Notes under the pieces: model-generated
Told to the model about the DNA's origin: nothing
Database searches by the model: none
The model's input: the letters and a program-made list of their open reading frames with translations, nothing else
Part shown: positions 24,286 through 37,925 of the stretch, piece by piece
Layout: the number at the start of each line of letters is the position of its first letter
Numbering within the stretch: position 1 is the stretch's first letter
NCBI RefSeq assembly: GCF_006345805.1
Contig: NC_043015.1
Coordinates: 27,900,001-27,964,000, forward strand
Source: Octopus sinensis
Taxonomy: Eukaryota
Direction of reading: 5' to 3'
Length of the DNA stretch: 64,000 nucleotides
Position numbers and translations under genes: made by a program

Positions 24286-25015
24286 TGAGTGAGTGAGTGA
24301 GTGAGTGAATGAGTGAGTGAGTGAGTGAGTGAGGAGTGAGTGAGTGAGTGAGTGAGGAGTGAGTGAGGAGTGAGTGAGTGAGGAGTGAGTGAGGAGTGAG
24401 TGAGTGAGGAGTGAGTGAGTGAGTAGTGAGTGAGTGAGTGAGTGAGTGAGTGAGTGAGGAGTGAGTGAGTGAGTGAGGAGAGTGAGTGAGTGAGGAGGAG
24501 TGAGGAGTGAGTGAGTGAGGAGTGAGTGAGAGTGAGGAGTGAGTGAGTGAGTGAGGAGTAAGTGAGTGAGTGAGGAGTGAGTGAGTGAGTGAGTGAATGA
24601 GTGAGGAGTGAGTGGTGAGTGAGTGAGGAGTGAGTGAGTGAGTGAGTGTGAGTGAGTGAGGAGTGAGTGAGGAGTGAGTGAGTAAGTGAGGAGTGAGTGA
24701 GTGAGTGAGGAGTGAGTGAGGAGGAGTGAGTGAGGAGAGTGAGTGAGTGAGTGAGGAGTGAGTGAGGAGTGAGTGAGGAGTGAGTGAGGAGGAGTGAGTG
24801 AGTGAGTGAGTGAGGAGTGAGTGAGGAGTGAGGAGAGTGAGTGAGTGAGGAGTGAGTGAGTGAGGAGTGAGTGATGAGTGAGGAGTGAGTGAGTGAGGAG
24901 TGAGTGAGTGAGGAGTGAGTGAGTGAGTGAGTGAGGAGTGAGTGAGGAGTGAGTGAGTGAGTGAGAGAGAGAGAGAGAAGAAAGAGAGAGAGAGAGAAAA
25001 AGAAAGAAAGAGAGA
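24286..25015. repeat. ~680-bp (GAGT)n/(GAG) complex satellite followed by (GA)n
   Basis: Continuous gagt/gag mosaic; source of the spurious 257- and 271-aa S/H/T/L ORFs. Confidence 0.98.
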
Positions 25016-25530
25016 TTGTGGGTGTATCATCAAAGATCATCTTTAAGCAATATGCTAAAATCAGTAGGCAGTTCAGGGCTGAAGTATATCTTGGCTAATT
25101 GATAAATGTTACTGCCGTTTATCAATTGTGGACTGTCGGACCCTTCAATATTGATTTATTTACCAGATAATTATAAGCAATTAATTCAACTGCCGTTATT
25201 AATATTTATTAATATATCGCTAACTTTAACACTAAATCTTCTGTGTTGAGTATAAACATCGCATATTCCAAGCCCTAATCATATCTAGAATGTCATCCCA
25301 AAATAGACTGGATTGTCAAAGTTATATATCATCATCATCATCATCAACATTTAACATCTGTTTTCCATGCTGGCATGGGTTGGACAGCTTGACAGGAACT
25401 GGCAAGGTCAGGGGTCACATCAGGTTCCATAAAAGCATACAAGAAGTTCAGACAAGTCCAGTATGGTGATATGCTGGGTCAATAAAAACAACACTAGTCC
25501 AGAGCAATGGATTGGTATAAGAACTATAAG

Positions 25531-25765
25531 GCGGTGAGCTGGCCGAGACATTAGCTCGCCGGGCAAAATGCTTAGCGGTATTTCATCTGTCTTTACGTTC
25601 TGAGTTCAAATTCCACCGAGGTCAACTTTGCCTTTCATCCTTTCGGGGTCGATAAACTAAGTACCAGCTACGCACTGCGGGTCGATATAATCGACTTAAT
25701 CCGTTTGTCTGTCCTTGTTTGTCCCTTCTGTGTTTAGCCCCTTGTGGGTAGTAAAGAAATAGGTC
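25531..25765 (+). mobile_element. SINE-B monomer with 13-bp TSD
   Basis: taagaactataag at 25518-25530 and 25766-25778. Confidence 0.93.
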
Positions 25766-26791
25766 TAAGAACTATAAGAATATAGGACTGATGCTTTGTA
25801 TTTTGGGTTCAGTTCCTGCAATGGTCTATTTGGGTGGTAGACTTAACCTGTTGCCCAGTTTAACACCACCATCACCACTACCACCACCACCACCACCACC
25901 TGACACCTGGCTACTTGTAGCAGAGTCCACTATTGGAAACATTCAGGCCAGGTTTCCAGTTTGAAGATTCTTGCCCTCCCTTCCTGCCAAACTAAAAGAT
26001 AAAAGAACAAAACTTGTTGTGTAGATCCTCCTTCAAGTAGGCCATTGTAATACTGTTTGCTTATCTAAGTAACCCTTCCCTCTCCACACACACACACTTC
26101 ACAACTAATTAACTAGACAAGTTACGATCAGCTGCTATATATAATGTTGGTAAATAACAATTAAGTGGTGGTTTATACCTGAGTTAAGCAGATTGTATAT
26201 TATTTCTTTACTGCTATCATTTTCATATATTTTCAATAAAATAAGAAAAAAAAAGACCCACCACCACTACCACCATCAACTTTTCTATGCTTGAATGGCT
26301 CAGATGGAATTTGTTGAGACAGATTTTCTATCACTGGTTGCACTTTCTGCATCTACATTTTCACACATATGCCAACAGCCATTCCTGCATCAATCTAAAT
26401 ATTTTGATATTGTACACTACACAGGCTTGGTGATAACATGAAGCATAATTTCTCACCCACCATATGGAATAATGATGGAAAATAATTCTTCACCGTTTGG
26501 GCAAAAAAAATTAAAGTACATTTTAAAAAGCTAAAAAAATTTGTCATATTTATTTATTGAAAATTGCCAAACGTAAGAACTATTTTTATTAGCAAAGCAA
26601 AGAATTTGGTTTATTGCTGGCATTATCACCACAGAACTGCCAAATGAAAATTGTAATTCCATGATTTTCAAAAGAAATGCCATTTATTGATATGAAATTA
26701 AATATTTTCATTAACAGTCTATTTTCCATATTCAATAACAAGCAATCTGCCTATTCAGTAGCTTAATTCCATTTCTCTCCAAACTCTTTAC

Positions 26792-26895
26792 AATGTGATG
26801 CCACACTGTGCATCCAGATTAGCTGGATATCTTGTAGCTTCAAGACAAGCTGTGCCAATTCTTAAAATAGCATGAAGCCCCAAGAGAACTGTGTT
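26792..26895 (-). CDS. Candidate exon (NTVLLGLHAILRIGTACLEATRYPANLDAQCGIT)
   Basis: Single open frame, phase 0-2; acceptor ggttag, donor TT|gtaaag; in frame with the exon 233 nt upstream. Confidence 0.5.
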
Positions 26896-27127
26896 CTAAC
26901 CAATTATTAGGTGAAAATACCTAATTGTTTGTGATGTCAGGTTCCACTATTGCATACACGTAAAATTAAATAAGTAATTCAAGAAGTATTCTTGAAAATT
27001 ATTAATTAATTGATCAATGGAATAAATTATAGTTATTACCTAAAGACATTTTAATTGCGTAGCAGCTATTAATATTACCGTTTAAACAGAGAGCAGTAAT
27101 AAAACCCTACAAGAATGGAATGCTTAC

Positions 27128-27174
27128 AAACAAGTGTCTGAGGAACAGTATTTGGATACGACATGAGGAATTAT
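27128..27174 (-). CDS. Candidate exon (NSSCRIQILFLRHLF)
   Basis: Very strong acceptor aatcctgttttcactaccag; donor TTT|gtaagc; phase 1-0. Confidence 0.55.
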
Positions 27175-28696
27175 CTGGTAGTGAAAACAGGATTAATTAA
27201 AATCTTATTTCTTACAGTGAAATTCTCTTTTCCAACATGTATGCCTTTCTGAAAGAATAAATAATTATCCTCCTTTGCAATGGCATCATTACTATCGTAT
27301 ATCTACTTTTCTATGCTTCTATGTTTTGGACAGATTGGTGACAGCTGTTCTGTCATCTGACAAAACCTTTGATTTACGTTATGCAAAATGAAATGAACTA
27401 CAAAGACAGTTTTCTGCAATTTTAGGTGAAGAATTATTTTAGCAGTAAATTTAGAAGGCGTGTTGTTATAACAGATACCAGACTTTTAAAAAACTATTTT
27501 CTTTATCCTAAGTTTGCTGGCCCAGTGTAACAATTGGCAATCTTTCTTATTATCTTCAGATGTTATTCATAAGTTAGGTAACTACTTGGAGGCATTGTTA
27601 ACGAGCTTATTATGTAGAGATGTAAATTTAAAAAAAAAACACATCAAGTGACACTTGGAACTGAGATTAATTGAAAATTTAATTAGGAAAAAAAAAGTAC
27701 TGACCATATAATTATTGAGAGACACCAACCAAACAATTAACTAAAGAGAGCGCTGACCACATATTTATATAGTAAAAATGTTAGTGAGATACTACAGTGC
27801 CAAAGGATATATTTCTACTGATGAAACCTAATAATACGTAAACAGTTGGAGTAGTCTCCCTTGATTGCTAAAGGCAAAGAATATGATTGGCTCATTTCTG
27901 ATAACTTCATTTTACTGTACTGTTGCTTATTTCTGACATTGAAAACACTGGAAATAATCGTAGATGGGTTTGAATAAAATAACAAGAATGTTTAAGAATT
28001 CATTGACCATTATCGTATAGATATCAAAATAATTTCAAAGGATTTTGCAGTTTTACAGAGAAAAAAATTTGTTTTCAGAACGTGAAGTAATGTATGCGTA
28101 TTCTCTTCTGAATAACAGTTTTGATGCGAAAACATAAGATATGGATTTGTATACAGTGAAATAAATTTAAGAAACTGCTTTTTTAATGCTGTTCAAGTTC
28201 TTCAGAATGCTCAGATTTCTTCTTCCTTTTTTTTTTTTTTTTTTAGTTTTCTCAATTTCTTAGACGTTTAAAGATTGAAGAACACAAAGCATGAGAGAGG
28301 GGGGTAGTGCAACCCCAGATAGATTACCGAGGGTTAAATAGTCTTTCATCAAAAGATAAGAAGAACAGCAACGTAAGGAGATAAATATATTCATATATTT
28401 CTTAATGCAGACTTTTGAACTGCAAAAAAAGTATTTCGACAAAAGTGCGTTGATCTTGATAAAGAAGCAGTCCTATAGAGATTATTACAATTTTGAAGTA
28501 ACTTCAGACAGAGTAATTATAGTTAGGAGCAGGCATGAATTGCACAGCGTCTTCAGCAAGTGTTTTCTGCTATAGCCTCAGGCTGACCAAAGCCTTGTCA
28601 GTGGATTTGGCAGACAGAAACTAAAAGAAGCCCATCGTGTGTGTGTGTGAGCGCGCGTGTGTGTATATATGTATGTATGTATACATATATATATAT

Positions 28697-29105
28697 ATCA
28701 TCATCATCGTCATTTAACGTTCGCTTTCCATGCTGGCATGAGTTGGACGATTTCACTGAGGTCTGGTGAACCAGACTCCAATCTGATCTGGTAGAGTTTC
28801 TACAGCTGTATGCCCTTCCTAACATCAACCACTCCGAGAGTGTAGTGGGTGCTTTTATGTGCCACCGGCATGAGGGCCAGTCAGGTGGTATTGGCAATGG
28901 CCATGCTCAAATAGTGCTTTTTATGTGCCACCTGCACAGGAGCCAGCCTAGTGGCACTGGCAACGACCTTGCTCAAATATTTTTCCACGTGCCACCAGCA
29001 CAAGTGCCAGTAAGGTGACGTAGGTAACAATCACGCTCGAATGGTGCCTTTTACGTGCCACTGGCACGGAGACCAGTTTGTTGCTCTGGCAACGATCACG
29101 CTTGG
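28697..29105 (-). mobile_element. RTE 3' UTR fragment inserted into the linker of an old SINE-A (halves ~28520-28650 and ~29100-29170)
   Basis: SINE-A 5' and 3' halves flank the RTE fragment in the correct order. Confidence 0.75.
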
Positions 29106-30636
29106 TGTGTTTACATCTCTGTAACTTAGTAGTTTGGTAAAAGAGACTAATAGAATATGCACCAGGCTTAAATAGAAACAGCAGGGAAGCCCGTCATACA
29201 TCATTGTCATCACCATCATTTTAGTGTCCCCTTTTCCATCTGTTAGAGACTGATTTTCTACAGCTGAATGCTCTTCCTGTTGCCAAATGTCACCTGTTTC
29301 CCGGCAAGGTAATATTTTCCCCATGGTTAATCATGTTTCTTCATGGAAGTGTTTCCACATGTCTACACACAGTTCCAGTGCAAGAAAAATGAGTAGAAAA
29401 GTGAGTGTAATGATGATGATGATGATGATGTTCCCATTTTAAACATCGTTACTATTTGTAACTATAAGACTATAGTTTAAAAAATAATTACTGATCTTAA
29501 TTTTTAATTTAGAAATAATCTAAACCACCTTTTTATTATTTCAGGCAGAGTATTGTTGTTGTTCTTATTATTGTTGTCAGGTTATGTTATTGTGCTGGTT
29601 ATTTTTCCTATTTCATCAAGCATTTTAATGAGATATCTTTATATTCTATATAATCCCATATAATAAACGGCAGTTCCTAAAAGAAAAAAGGGTATGGTTT
29701 TGATACACAAGAAGTAAGACTCCCTTTTAATCCTTAAGGACTTAAGGACATCTCACTCAAAACATTTTATATTCTGAAGAAATCCGAAACATCTCAGAAA
29801 ATTTATCTTGGAGCAAGTACCAAAAAGAGGAAAGCTACCAAAGTTAAATAACCCAAGAAGAGAAAAATGATAATGACATTTTTCTTGAAAAACATTTGCT
29901 ATGAAAACCCATCTATAGCTTCAATTTTAATCATTTCCTCGTAAACCTCTGGTTTACAGACATACACTTAAAGAAAATTGAAGAAAAGCTCATTATTTTT
30001 GTTGAAATCAAGTGGAAAGGAATCTAAAAATGGAAACTATGTGAAAACCTGTGGCAAATAACTTTCATTAATGAAAACTATTAAAGTGTAAAATTAAGAG
30101 TATAGATATTACTTCAAACTTTTAAGCCACAGAGGAAATAGAACTTCATTAAGAAAATATCAATGACAACTTAGATTGAAAATACCAAAATTAGTGCACA
30201 ATAAGAATTTTGCTTTGCTTTTTATTATTATTTTTTTGTTTTACTGCAAAGATAATGCACGAGACATACTTAAATATCAAGCTAACAATAGATGTTGTAC
30301 TAGCAAATGGCATTGCTCTAAATTGAGTTGGCAGAGGAATTTTGATCAGCGAGTTCTACTTGACAATTGGGTTCAGTCACAAGAGCGATCAGAAAGCATT
30401 AATGACACAAAGCCAGTCGGATGCAATCAGAATTACAAACATGTGCATGCATACGAACAGTCACGGAGGAATTGAGAAATATATTCCAAACCATACTTTG
30501 GAAATTATTGAAAAATCTGATCTGCAATTTTTAGTAGCCCATAATGAAGTCACATTTTAAAAAGAAATCAGGCAAACCTCAATAGGATTTTGTTACAACC
30601 AAGCATCTCTTTTTTTCTTTTTTATTATTAATCATA

Positions 30637-31053
30637 TCTCTTTTTCTCTCTTTCTCTTTTACTTGTTTCAGTCATTTGACTGCGGCCATGCTGGAGCACC
30701 GCCTTTAGTCGAGCAAATCGACTCCGGGACTTATTCTTTGTAAGCCCAGTACTTATTCTATCGGTCTCTTTTGCCGAACCGCTAAGTGACGGGGACGTAA
30801 ACACACCAGCATCGGTTGTCAAGCAATGCTAGGGGGACAAACACAGACACACAAACACACACACGCATATATATATATATACATATATACGACGGGCTTC
30901 TTTCAGTTTCCGTCAACCAAATCCACTCACAAGGCATTGGTCGGCCCGGGGCTATAGCAGAAGACACTTGCCCAAGATGCCACGCAGTGGGACTGAACCC
31001 GGAACCATGTGGTTTGTTAGCAAGCTACTTACCACACAGCCACTGCTATGCCT
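30637..31053 (-). mobile_element. SINE-A full-length copy
   Basis: Consensus match, low divergence. Confidence 0.95.
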
Positions 31054-31462
31054 ATAAAGATCAGTTCTGCAACTGTCAGAATTCAAAAGCCTCAAAACCA
31101 GAAAATTCCTACCTGTTTCGTAATATTTAAGAAAAGGTTATTAGTTATCTAAGATCAACAAGCTGTCCAAAAGCTGAAATCTGATCAAGCTTCTCTCAGA
31201 AATTATAAGTATGTCTTTGGGGTAAGTAGGTGTCTGTCACAAAGCCTCAAGCTCTCTTTACAGGAAGAAATGGAAATGAAAATCTGTCAACAAAATTATG
31301 ACTGCAAACATTAGCAAAAAGTCACACATTTTGTGGGAGACAGAGTCGAATAAATAAATCCAAATTCCTGTTTCGTACTTTTAGCAAATACTTTTTGTTT
31401 TCTTAGAGTACTTAAAAACATTCACGCTAGAAATCACAGATATGTATAATTAAAATCCTTCA

Positions 31463-31815
31463 AAATGCTTCAGCCTGAAGGCTGCGGCCATGCTGGGGCA
31501 CCACCGCTGAATGAGCTACACTAATATGTGAATCCACCTCTGATACGTGGCACTTGGTCAACAAGGGAGTTTGATGCCGCTGCCCGCATCTCTGTCTCCT
31601 GTCGTGAGGTAGGTTCATCTGGGACCCCCGACAAGAAGAGATCCAGTTTAGTTTTAAAGAAACCCACGTCCACACCATGCAAGTCTCTCAGGCATTTAGG
31701 GAGGATGTTAAAGAGCTGTGGTCCTCTGAAACCCAAACTGTTGCAGTATCTGGTCCTGTATTTTGATGGTGATGTTGGAATCTTTGGCACCATGCAGTGG
31801 CTCCCCTGTCTCTAC
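31463..31815 (-). mobile_element. CR1/L2-clade LINE 3' fragment (ORF2 C-terminus plus 3' end)
   Basis: ORF 31521-31793 YCNSLGFRGPQLFNILPKCLRDLHGVDVGFFKTKLDLFLSGVPDEP; tail ggtgccccagcatggccgcagccttcaggctg. Confidence 0.9.
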
Positions 31816-32800
31816 ATATGAAGACTTTACTAGTGTTTTGCTATTAACAATAAAACACCAAATCCTCATTCTGTAAGAAATGCCATGTCAAATTCTTTGA
31901 AGTACAGTGGACTAAATAGACTTGCAACCCTAGATCTAGAATTTTCAAAAGACATTTTTTCTCACTTGTTCTTCACTTTATGGCAGTAAAGTTATGTATT
32001 TCTTTACTGGTGAGAAAGAAAACAAAAAGAAACAAAAAGGTAAAAAAAAAAAAAACTAACCGCAGAACTAAAATTGTGATTCCTTTTCTAAAACAACAAC
32101 ATTTATAACGACAAAAAACAGACACTTACCTGATATGTGTTATCAAAGCTATCGTACATGAACCTAGTTATGAGTGAAGTCTTGCCAACTGAAATTAAAC
32201 GAAGAAATGCAATTAAAATCATCGTAAACAGCAAAATGAGGTGAAAGGTCTCTTTTTATATAAGTAATTATTTTAACACTGTTTAAATAAAGTAACTCTG
32301 TAGCAACTGAATATAATGAAATGTTTCCCTTTTTAGTTGCAAATTTGTGAAAATATTTATAAAAAGTAAATAGCATGAAATGTGTGCAAGACACTATTAA
32401 CACTTCATGTCTCATGTTCAAATATCCTAATACATTATTAGGCACAGGTGTGGCTCTATGGTTGAGAAAGGTATAGAAGCAGGTGTGGCTGTGTGGTTGA
32501 ATAGTTTGCTTCCCAACCACATGGTTCTGGGTTCAGTCTCACTGTGTTGCACTTTGGATAAATGTCTTCTACTATAGCTTCAGGCTGGCCAGTGTTGTGA
32601 GTGGGTTTGGTATTTGGAAACTGAGGTTGTATGTATGAATGTGTGTTTGTGTGTGGATGTATATATATATATATATATATAAATCTCATTGTTGATCTGG
32701 CAAAATACATTGTTTATCTATGGCTCATCAGGAACTAAAGAAAAATATTTAGGATGAGTTGATGTATGATATATGGAAAGAAAAGTGACCAGATGTTGCT

Positions 32801-33110
32801 TCATCATCATCATCATCGTCGTTTAACGTCCGTTCTCCATGCTAGCATGGGTTGGACGGTTCGACCGGGGTTCTGGGAAGCCAGAAGGCTGCACCATGCT
32901 CCAGTCTTATCTGGCAATGTTTCTACAGCTGGATGCCCTTCCTAACGCCAACCACTCCGTGAGTGTAGTGGGTGCTTTTTACGTGCCACCTGCACAGGTG
33001 CCAGGCGGGGCTGGCAACGGCCACGGTCAGATTGGTGTATTTTATGTGCCACCGGCACGGAAGCCAGTCGAGGCGGTGCTGGCATCGGCCACGAGTCGGA
33101 TAGTGCTTCT
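32801..33110 (-). mobile_element. RTE LINE 3' UTR fragment
   Basis: (CAT)n tail and UTR match; nested in an older SINE spanning ~32445-33300. Confidence 0.9.
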
Positions 33111-33298
33111 TTTTTCTAATTTGTCCCTACGGAAAGTGTATGTGTGTGGATGTATATATGTTCATCTCCTTGCCTTGACAGTGCCTAATGAATATGTCTG
33201 GCCATAGGAAAATATCACATTGCTTAGAAACAGGTAAGGCTGGTAACAGAGAGGCATCTGGCCACAGAAAATCTGCCTTAATAAAAACTCTGTCCAAA

Positions 33299-33450
33299 CA
33301 TCATCATCATTGTTTAACGTCCGTTCTCCATGCTAGCATGGGTTGGACGGTTCGACCGGGGATCTGGGAAGCCAGAAGGCTGCACCAAGCTCCAGTCTTA
33401 TCTGGCAATGTTTCTGCAGCTGGATGCCCTTCCTAACGCCAACCACTCAA
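33299..33450 (-). mobile_element. RTE LINE 3' end fragment
   Basis: (CAT)n tail and UTR match. Confidence 0.9.
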
Positions 33451-33946
33451 GTGGATATTAAAATGATGATGATGATGAGGTGGTGGAAGAGGTGGGAAGT
33501 GATATACGGTTACTTCATAAAAATAGAAGTAAATATACAGTTAGATGATAAGAATGGAAGTAGCTTAATAACAAGGAAAAGAAGTTACTGACTTAGAAAA
33601 CAATATTCTTGAAAAAAGAGAAAAGCATTTGTAATGTATCTGCCATGGGCGAAGAAGAATTACTAAAAACTGAAGGCTGATGAATAATTTCACATAAAAA
33701 GTGCAAAGCTTTGGTAAAGAAGATGAGCAGTTACTCTGTACTAATCAAATATAATTACTAGAAATTGAGAAGACTAAGGATTGCCTCACTTGACATTGAG
33801 TCAATTTTTTTTTTTTATGTTTTAATCAGGAGGTAAGCAGTTATCTATGACTTTAACTGACTTTCTGAAACTAGAGGAAAGAAGAGGGAAAGTTATCTTT
33901 AAACCGGCCATATACAGCCTGAATGTTGTACCTGTTTTAAGTTTAA

Positions 33947-34167
33947 CCCTTTAGTGTTCAGATTACTCTGTTAAATGTAATACCTTTTCACTCAAATTGT
34001 TTTGAATTAATCCTGCATTATCTTATAGCTTTGAGGTTTCAATGATGTGATTGTTTATTTTTAGCATGACATTGTAGGTTAGGTGTGAGAGGCTAGATAT
34101 CACCAGTTTGAATATAAAACATGTAGAATATATTGGGCCAGATTTGGCCAGTTTAAACGCTAAAGGG
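33947..34167. mobile_element. piggyBac-type MITE family 2 (221 bp)
   Basis: TTAA flanks; TIR ccctttag/ctaaaggg; partial related copies on both sides. Confidence 0.85.
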
Positions 34168-35685
34168 TTAAACCAGCGAGATCTGGCATCTCATGCCTAC
34201 CCTACAATGCTATTCTAAAAATCAACAATCACATGGTCTGAAATCTTGAAGCTACAAGAAAATGATTAATTCAAAATGCTGTGAATAAATAAGCACAGGG
34301 TTAGTTAAACTGGAGGCCTAAGCTGAATGCTTTCAACAGGATGACTGTCAAAAGGACCAAGGTACTAGGTTTTGGTGTTGAAGCAGGTGACAGATTAAGT
34401 CTACTAATCAAATAAGCCACAGAGTGGGATTTGAACTCAGAATGCAAAGTTCCAAAAGAATACAGTAAAACAAAAATAAAAAAAAGTTAAGTTATTGCGA
34501 AAAGAAAGAAAACATTATTTCAAGCTGTGTTCTTGCGTCTCTGAAAAATGTTACATATTTTTCACCTTCACAGCGATATATATAATATATTTAATTCTGT
34601 ATGTCTCATACTTAGCTTCTGTACATCTTTGTTAGACAAAGTAATTTAGAAGTTACTTCAATCAGTAGCCTCAAGATTCAACCAAAATTTAATAAAATCT
34701 GCTGAAATTAATTATATAAAGATTTCTTTAGAATGTCACTGAAATGGACGATTAAATACTATGGAAAATAGAAATGAATGGAGAGTCGGGGTCATGGAAG
34801 TTCAAGCAAATTCAACCCAATGATGATGATGATGATATAAAGTTTGCATACATACTATTTATATTCTAGTATACATTGCAATTCAAAATTATATGTAATA
34901 TAAAATGTATTAATGTTATCAAATTTTCTTCACAAAGTTTTAAATATGGATGCCATTCAGCAACTTCTGGTAATTTGTGAGAAATTTGAAAAGTACAAAC
35001 ATGATTAATTGCATGATACAGCATAGAATTGAGAAGAGCCTTGGTTAACCAGATTTTGGTAAAATTGAAGAATCTTTGTCATTGGCAACCCCTTGAAGTC
35101 AAGCATGATTGTCCATGAGAATTGACTGTTTGTGTATATGCATCTGAATAGGTATAGGTCAATATGAGAGCAACAATCTGGGGAGTGCATCGTTTTGTTA
35201 AGTGTGGGGAAGCTGTTGATATCAGTTTCCTCATGTTCTCGACAGTGAGATATCTTGATCCAATGCCAAGACGTCCAAAATGATTGGTAGGAGCAAGCTA
35301 TAACAAGACATCATCCGCTATCATAGCCAATTAAACTATGTGATCTATCATTGCTTGTTCTGCTTGTTCTGGGTCTTTATTGTAACTTTGGCATGAGAGG
35401 TTGTTAGCACTTTCCCAAAGTGCTGCTTTGAGTCTGATGAGAGGACAGTTGACTTAATGTAGACTTTACTACTTGAAGTGTGAAACGTACTTTAATATCT
35501 AGATTTGACTTCCATATCTAGGAAATGTCCTGTATCTTATCCTATAGGAAAGTTGCAATAAGTAATTCAATAGTAAATAGGAATATATGTAAGACCCACA
35601 CAAATCTGCTTTACACATAAAAATCCTAGACAACATTCAAAAGAAAGTCATGCAATTAATAGATAAAGACTCATTTACCAACACC

Positions 35686-36030
35686 ATCATCATCATCATT
35701 TAGCGTCCGCTTTCCATGCTAGCATGGGTTGGACGGTTCAACTGGGGTCTGGGAAGTGAGAAGGCTGCACCAGGCCCAGTCTGATCTGGCAGTGTTTCTA
35801 CGGCTGGATGCCCTTCCTAACGCCAACCACTCCGTGAGTGTAGTGGGTGCTTTTTACGTGCCACCGGCATGGAGGACAGGCGAGGCTGGCGAACGGCCAT
35901 GATCGGATGGTGCTTTTTACGTGCCATCAGCACGAGGCCAGTCGGGGCGGCGCTGGCAACGGCCATGTTCGGATGGTTCTCTTACGTACCACCGGCACTG
36001 GTATCACAGCTGCAATTTCCATTGATGTTG
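35686..36030 (-). mobile_element. RTE LINE 3' UTR fragment (three modules)
   Basis: (CAT)n tail and UTR match. Confidence 0.9.
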
Positions 36031-36787
36031 AACAAATTCAGAAACTCTTTCTCTCTCTCTGTCTTATCTACTGCTACTACAACAGCCTCTGCACCTCTGA
36101 ATAATCTAGTTGCATATTTACATAAACCCAAGCCTAGCTGAAAATCTCATTATTCCTACTCTCATCACCTTTGCAAGGTCCAATTTTCCAGATCCCACAC
36201 GAAACACTTTCCTAACCCTTCCTTCTCAGAACTCACTGCTCCTTGGAATACTCAACAACATTTCATACACACAGTCGTTAATTTACAAATATCCACACTG
36301 GACATCAGTCGCATTAATCTCACCAGTCCACAATGACATGCAACTGTCCCTCTTCCTTTGATTAGCTGATAAAGAGGATAAGATAAACCTAAAATCCACA
36401 TTGATAATATCTTCAATTACCAAGACTAAAGTAGTGTTGTATCACATTAGGAAACCGTTAGAGGAAAGTATACAAGTTAGTTAAAATGATAGTCAACCGC
36501 ATAAAGCTTTGTAAGGTTGGCTGTTAATGCAATATCAATTTCAACAGTTACTTAAATAATTAACTAAACGCCATACGGATGATAGTAGCAATATAGAGAA
36601 AATGAAAAAAGAAAAATTTGAAACAGAACTAATGACCAGTAATAAATTCGGTGAGTGAGGTGGTTAACAAAACAAACTGATAAAGTATAATAAATATTAT
36701 CAGTAATTTTACTGGTATTCATTGAGTGATGAGCTGTACCTTCATTTAATAGATAACACTGATTTAGATAACGAACCCCCCCCCCCC

Positions 36788-36968
36788 CCTAGCATTGCTT
36801 GACAACCGATGCTGGTGTGTTTATTTCTCTGTAACTTAGTGGTTCGGCAAAAGAGACCGATAGAATAAGCACTGGGCTTACAAAAGAATAAGTCCTGGGG
36901 TCGAGTTGCTCGATTAAAGGCGGTGCTCCAGCATGGCCACAGTCAAATGACTGAAACAAGTCAAAGAG
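36788..36968 (+). mobile_element. SINE-A 3' half
   Basis: Starts at a poly-C run and continues to the tail. Confidence 0.85.
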
Positions 36969-37430
36969 TTCTATTTCATTCCAGTATTTGGAAGTATATA
37001 CTGAATGTTTAAGACCGACAATTTTGAAATGATTTTAGTTTTACTACTACCAACAGTTATTCTACAAATGCGTGGTTTTATGCCCTACTTTGGAATTTAA
37101 AAATCCTAGTAAATGTGCACATTTGCAGAGAGCAAGTAAAAACCACATCAGCTAAATTAATCAGTTGATAACAGCTGAAGGAGAAAAAATGTGTGTTAAC
37201 AGAAGATAATCCGGCAAAGTGTTTCATCAGAGTTTGCTGTGATTGTTTAAAGTAGGAAAGTAATTGCCATGATTAAATTTCATGGGTGGGTTGCTTACTT
37301 CAAAGGCGTAGGTTAAGTGGCAAACAAGACATCTTCAAACAATTTTTGATAATATTGATAAAATAAGCTACATCAGTCATTTTAACAGGGTCGAGACGGC
37401 TGTATTATTAACAGAACTGTGATGGGCATA

Positions 37431-37461
<31 letters not shown>

Positions 37462-37526
37462 GAAGAAATTTTTGTTTAGGTTTCACTTCAATATAATTGT
37501 TAATTATAGCAGAGTGTTTTATCATA

Positions 37527-37925
37527 CTCTCTCTTTCAGTCATTTGACTGTGGCCATGCTGGAGCACCGCCTATAGTTGAGCAAATCGACCCCCAGGACT
37601 TATTCATTGTAAGCCTAGTACTTATTCTATTGGGTTCCTTTTACCGAACCGCTAAGTTACGGGGACGTAAACACACCAGCATCGGCTGTCAAGCGATGTT
37701 GGGGGGACAAACACAGACACACAAACATATACACACACATACATATATATATACATATATACGATGGGCTTCTTTCAGTTTCCGTCTACCAAATCTACTC
37801 ACAAGGCTTTGGTCGGCCCGAGGCTATAGTAGAAGGCACTTGCCCAAGGTGCCACGCAGTGGGACTGAACCCGGAACCATGTGGCTCGTAAGCAAGCTAC
37901 TTACCACACAGCCACTCCTACGCCT
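37527..37925 (-). mobile_element. SINE-A full-length copy
   Basis: Consensus match. Confidence 0.95.

Noticed and set aside
24218-25040. 257- and 271-aa Ser/His/Thr/Leu-rich ORFs
   Set aside because: Translation of the (ACTC)n satellite, which lacks stop codons by composition.
27216-27248. Additional 33-nt minus-strand exon
   Set aside because: Good splice signals, but it would leave only a 41-nt intron to the next exon. Not called without RNA evidence.
27818-27850. CTGATGA hammerhead core
   Set aside because: No helix II and no downstream GAAA in register.
30176-30560. Overlapping 99- and 72-aa plus-strand ORFs
   Set aside because: No recognisable domain or consistent splice pair; possibly decayed TE sequence.
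35005-35450. Decayed transposase-like reading (EHEETD)
   Set aside because: A single short motif in broken frames is insufficient to assign.
35434-35490. CTGATGA ... GAAACGTA as a hammerhead
   Set aside because: No helix II or helix I pairing between and around the motifs.
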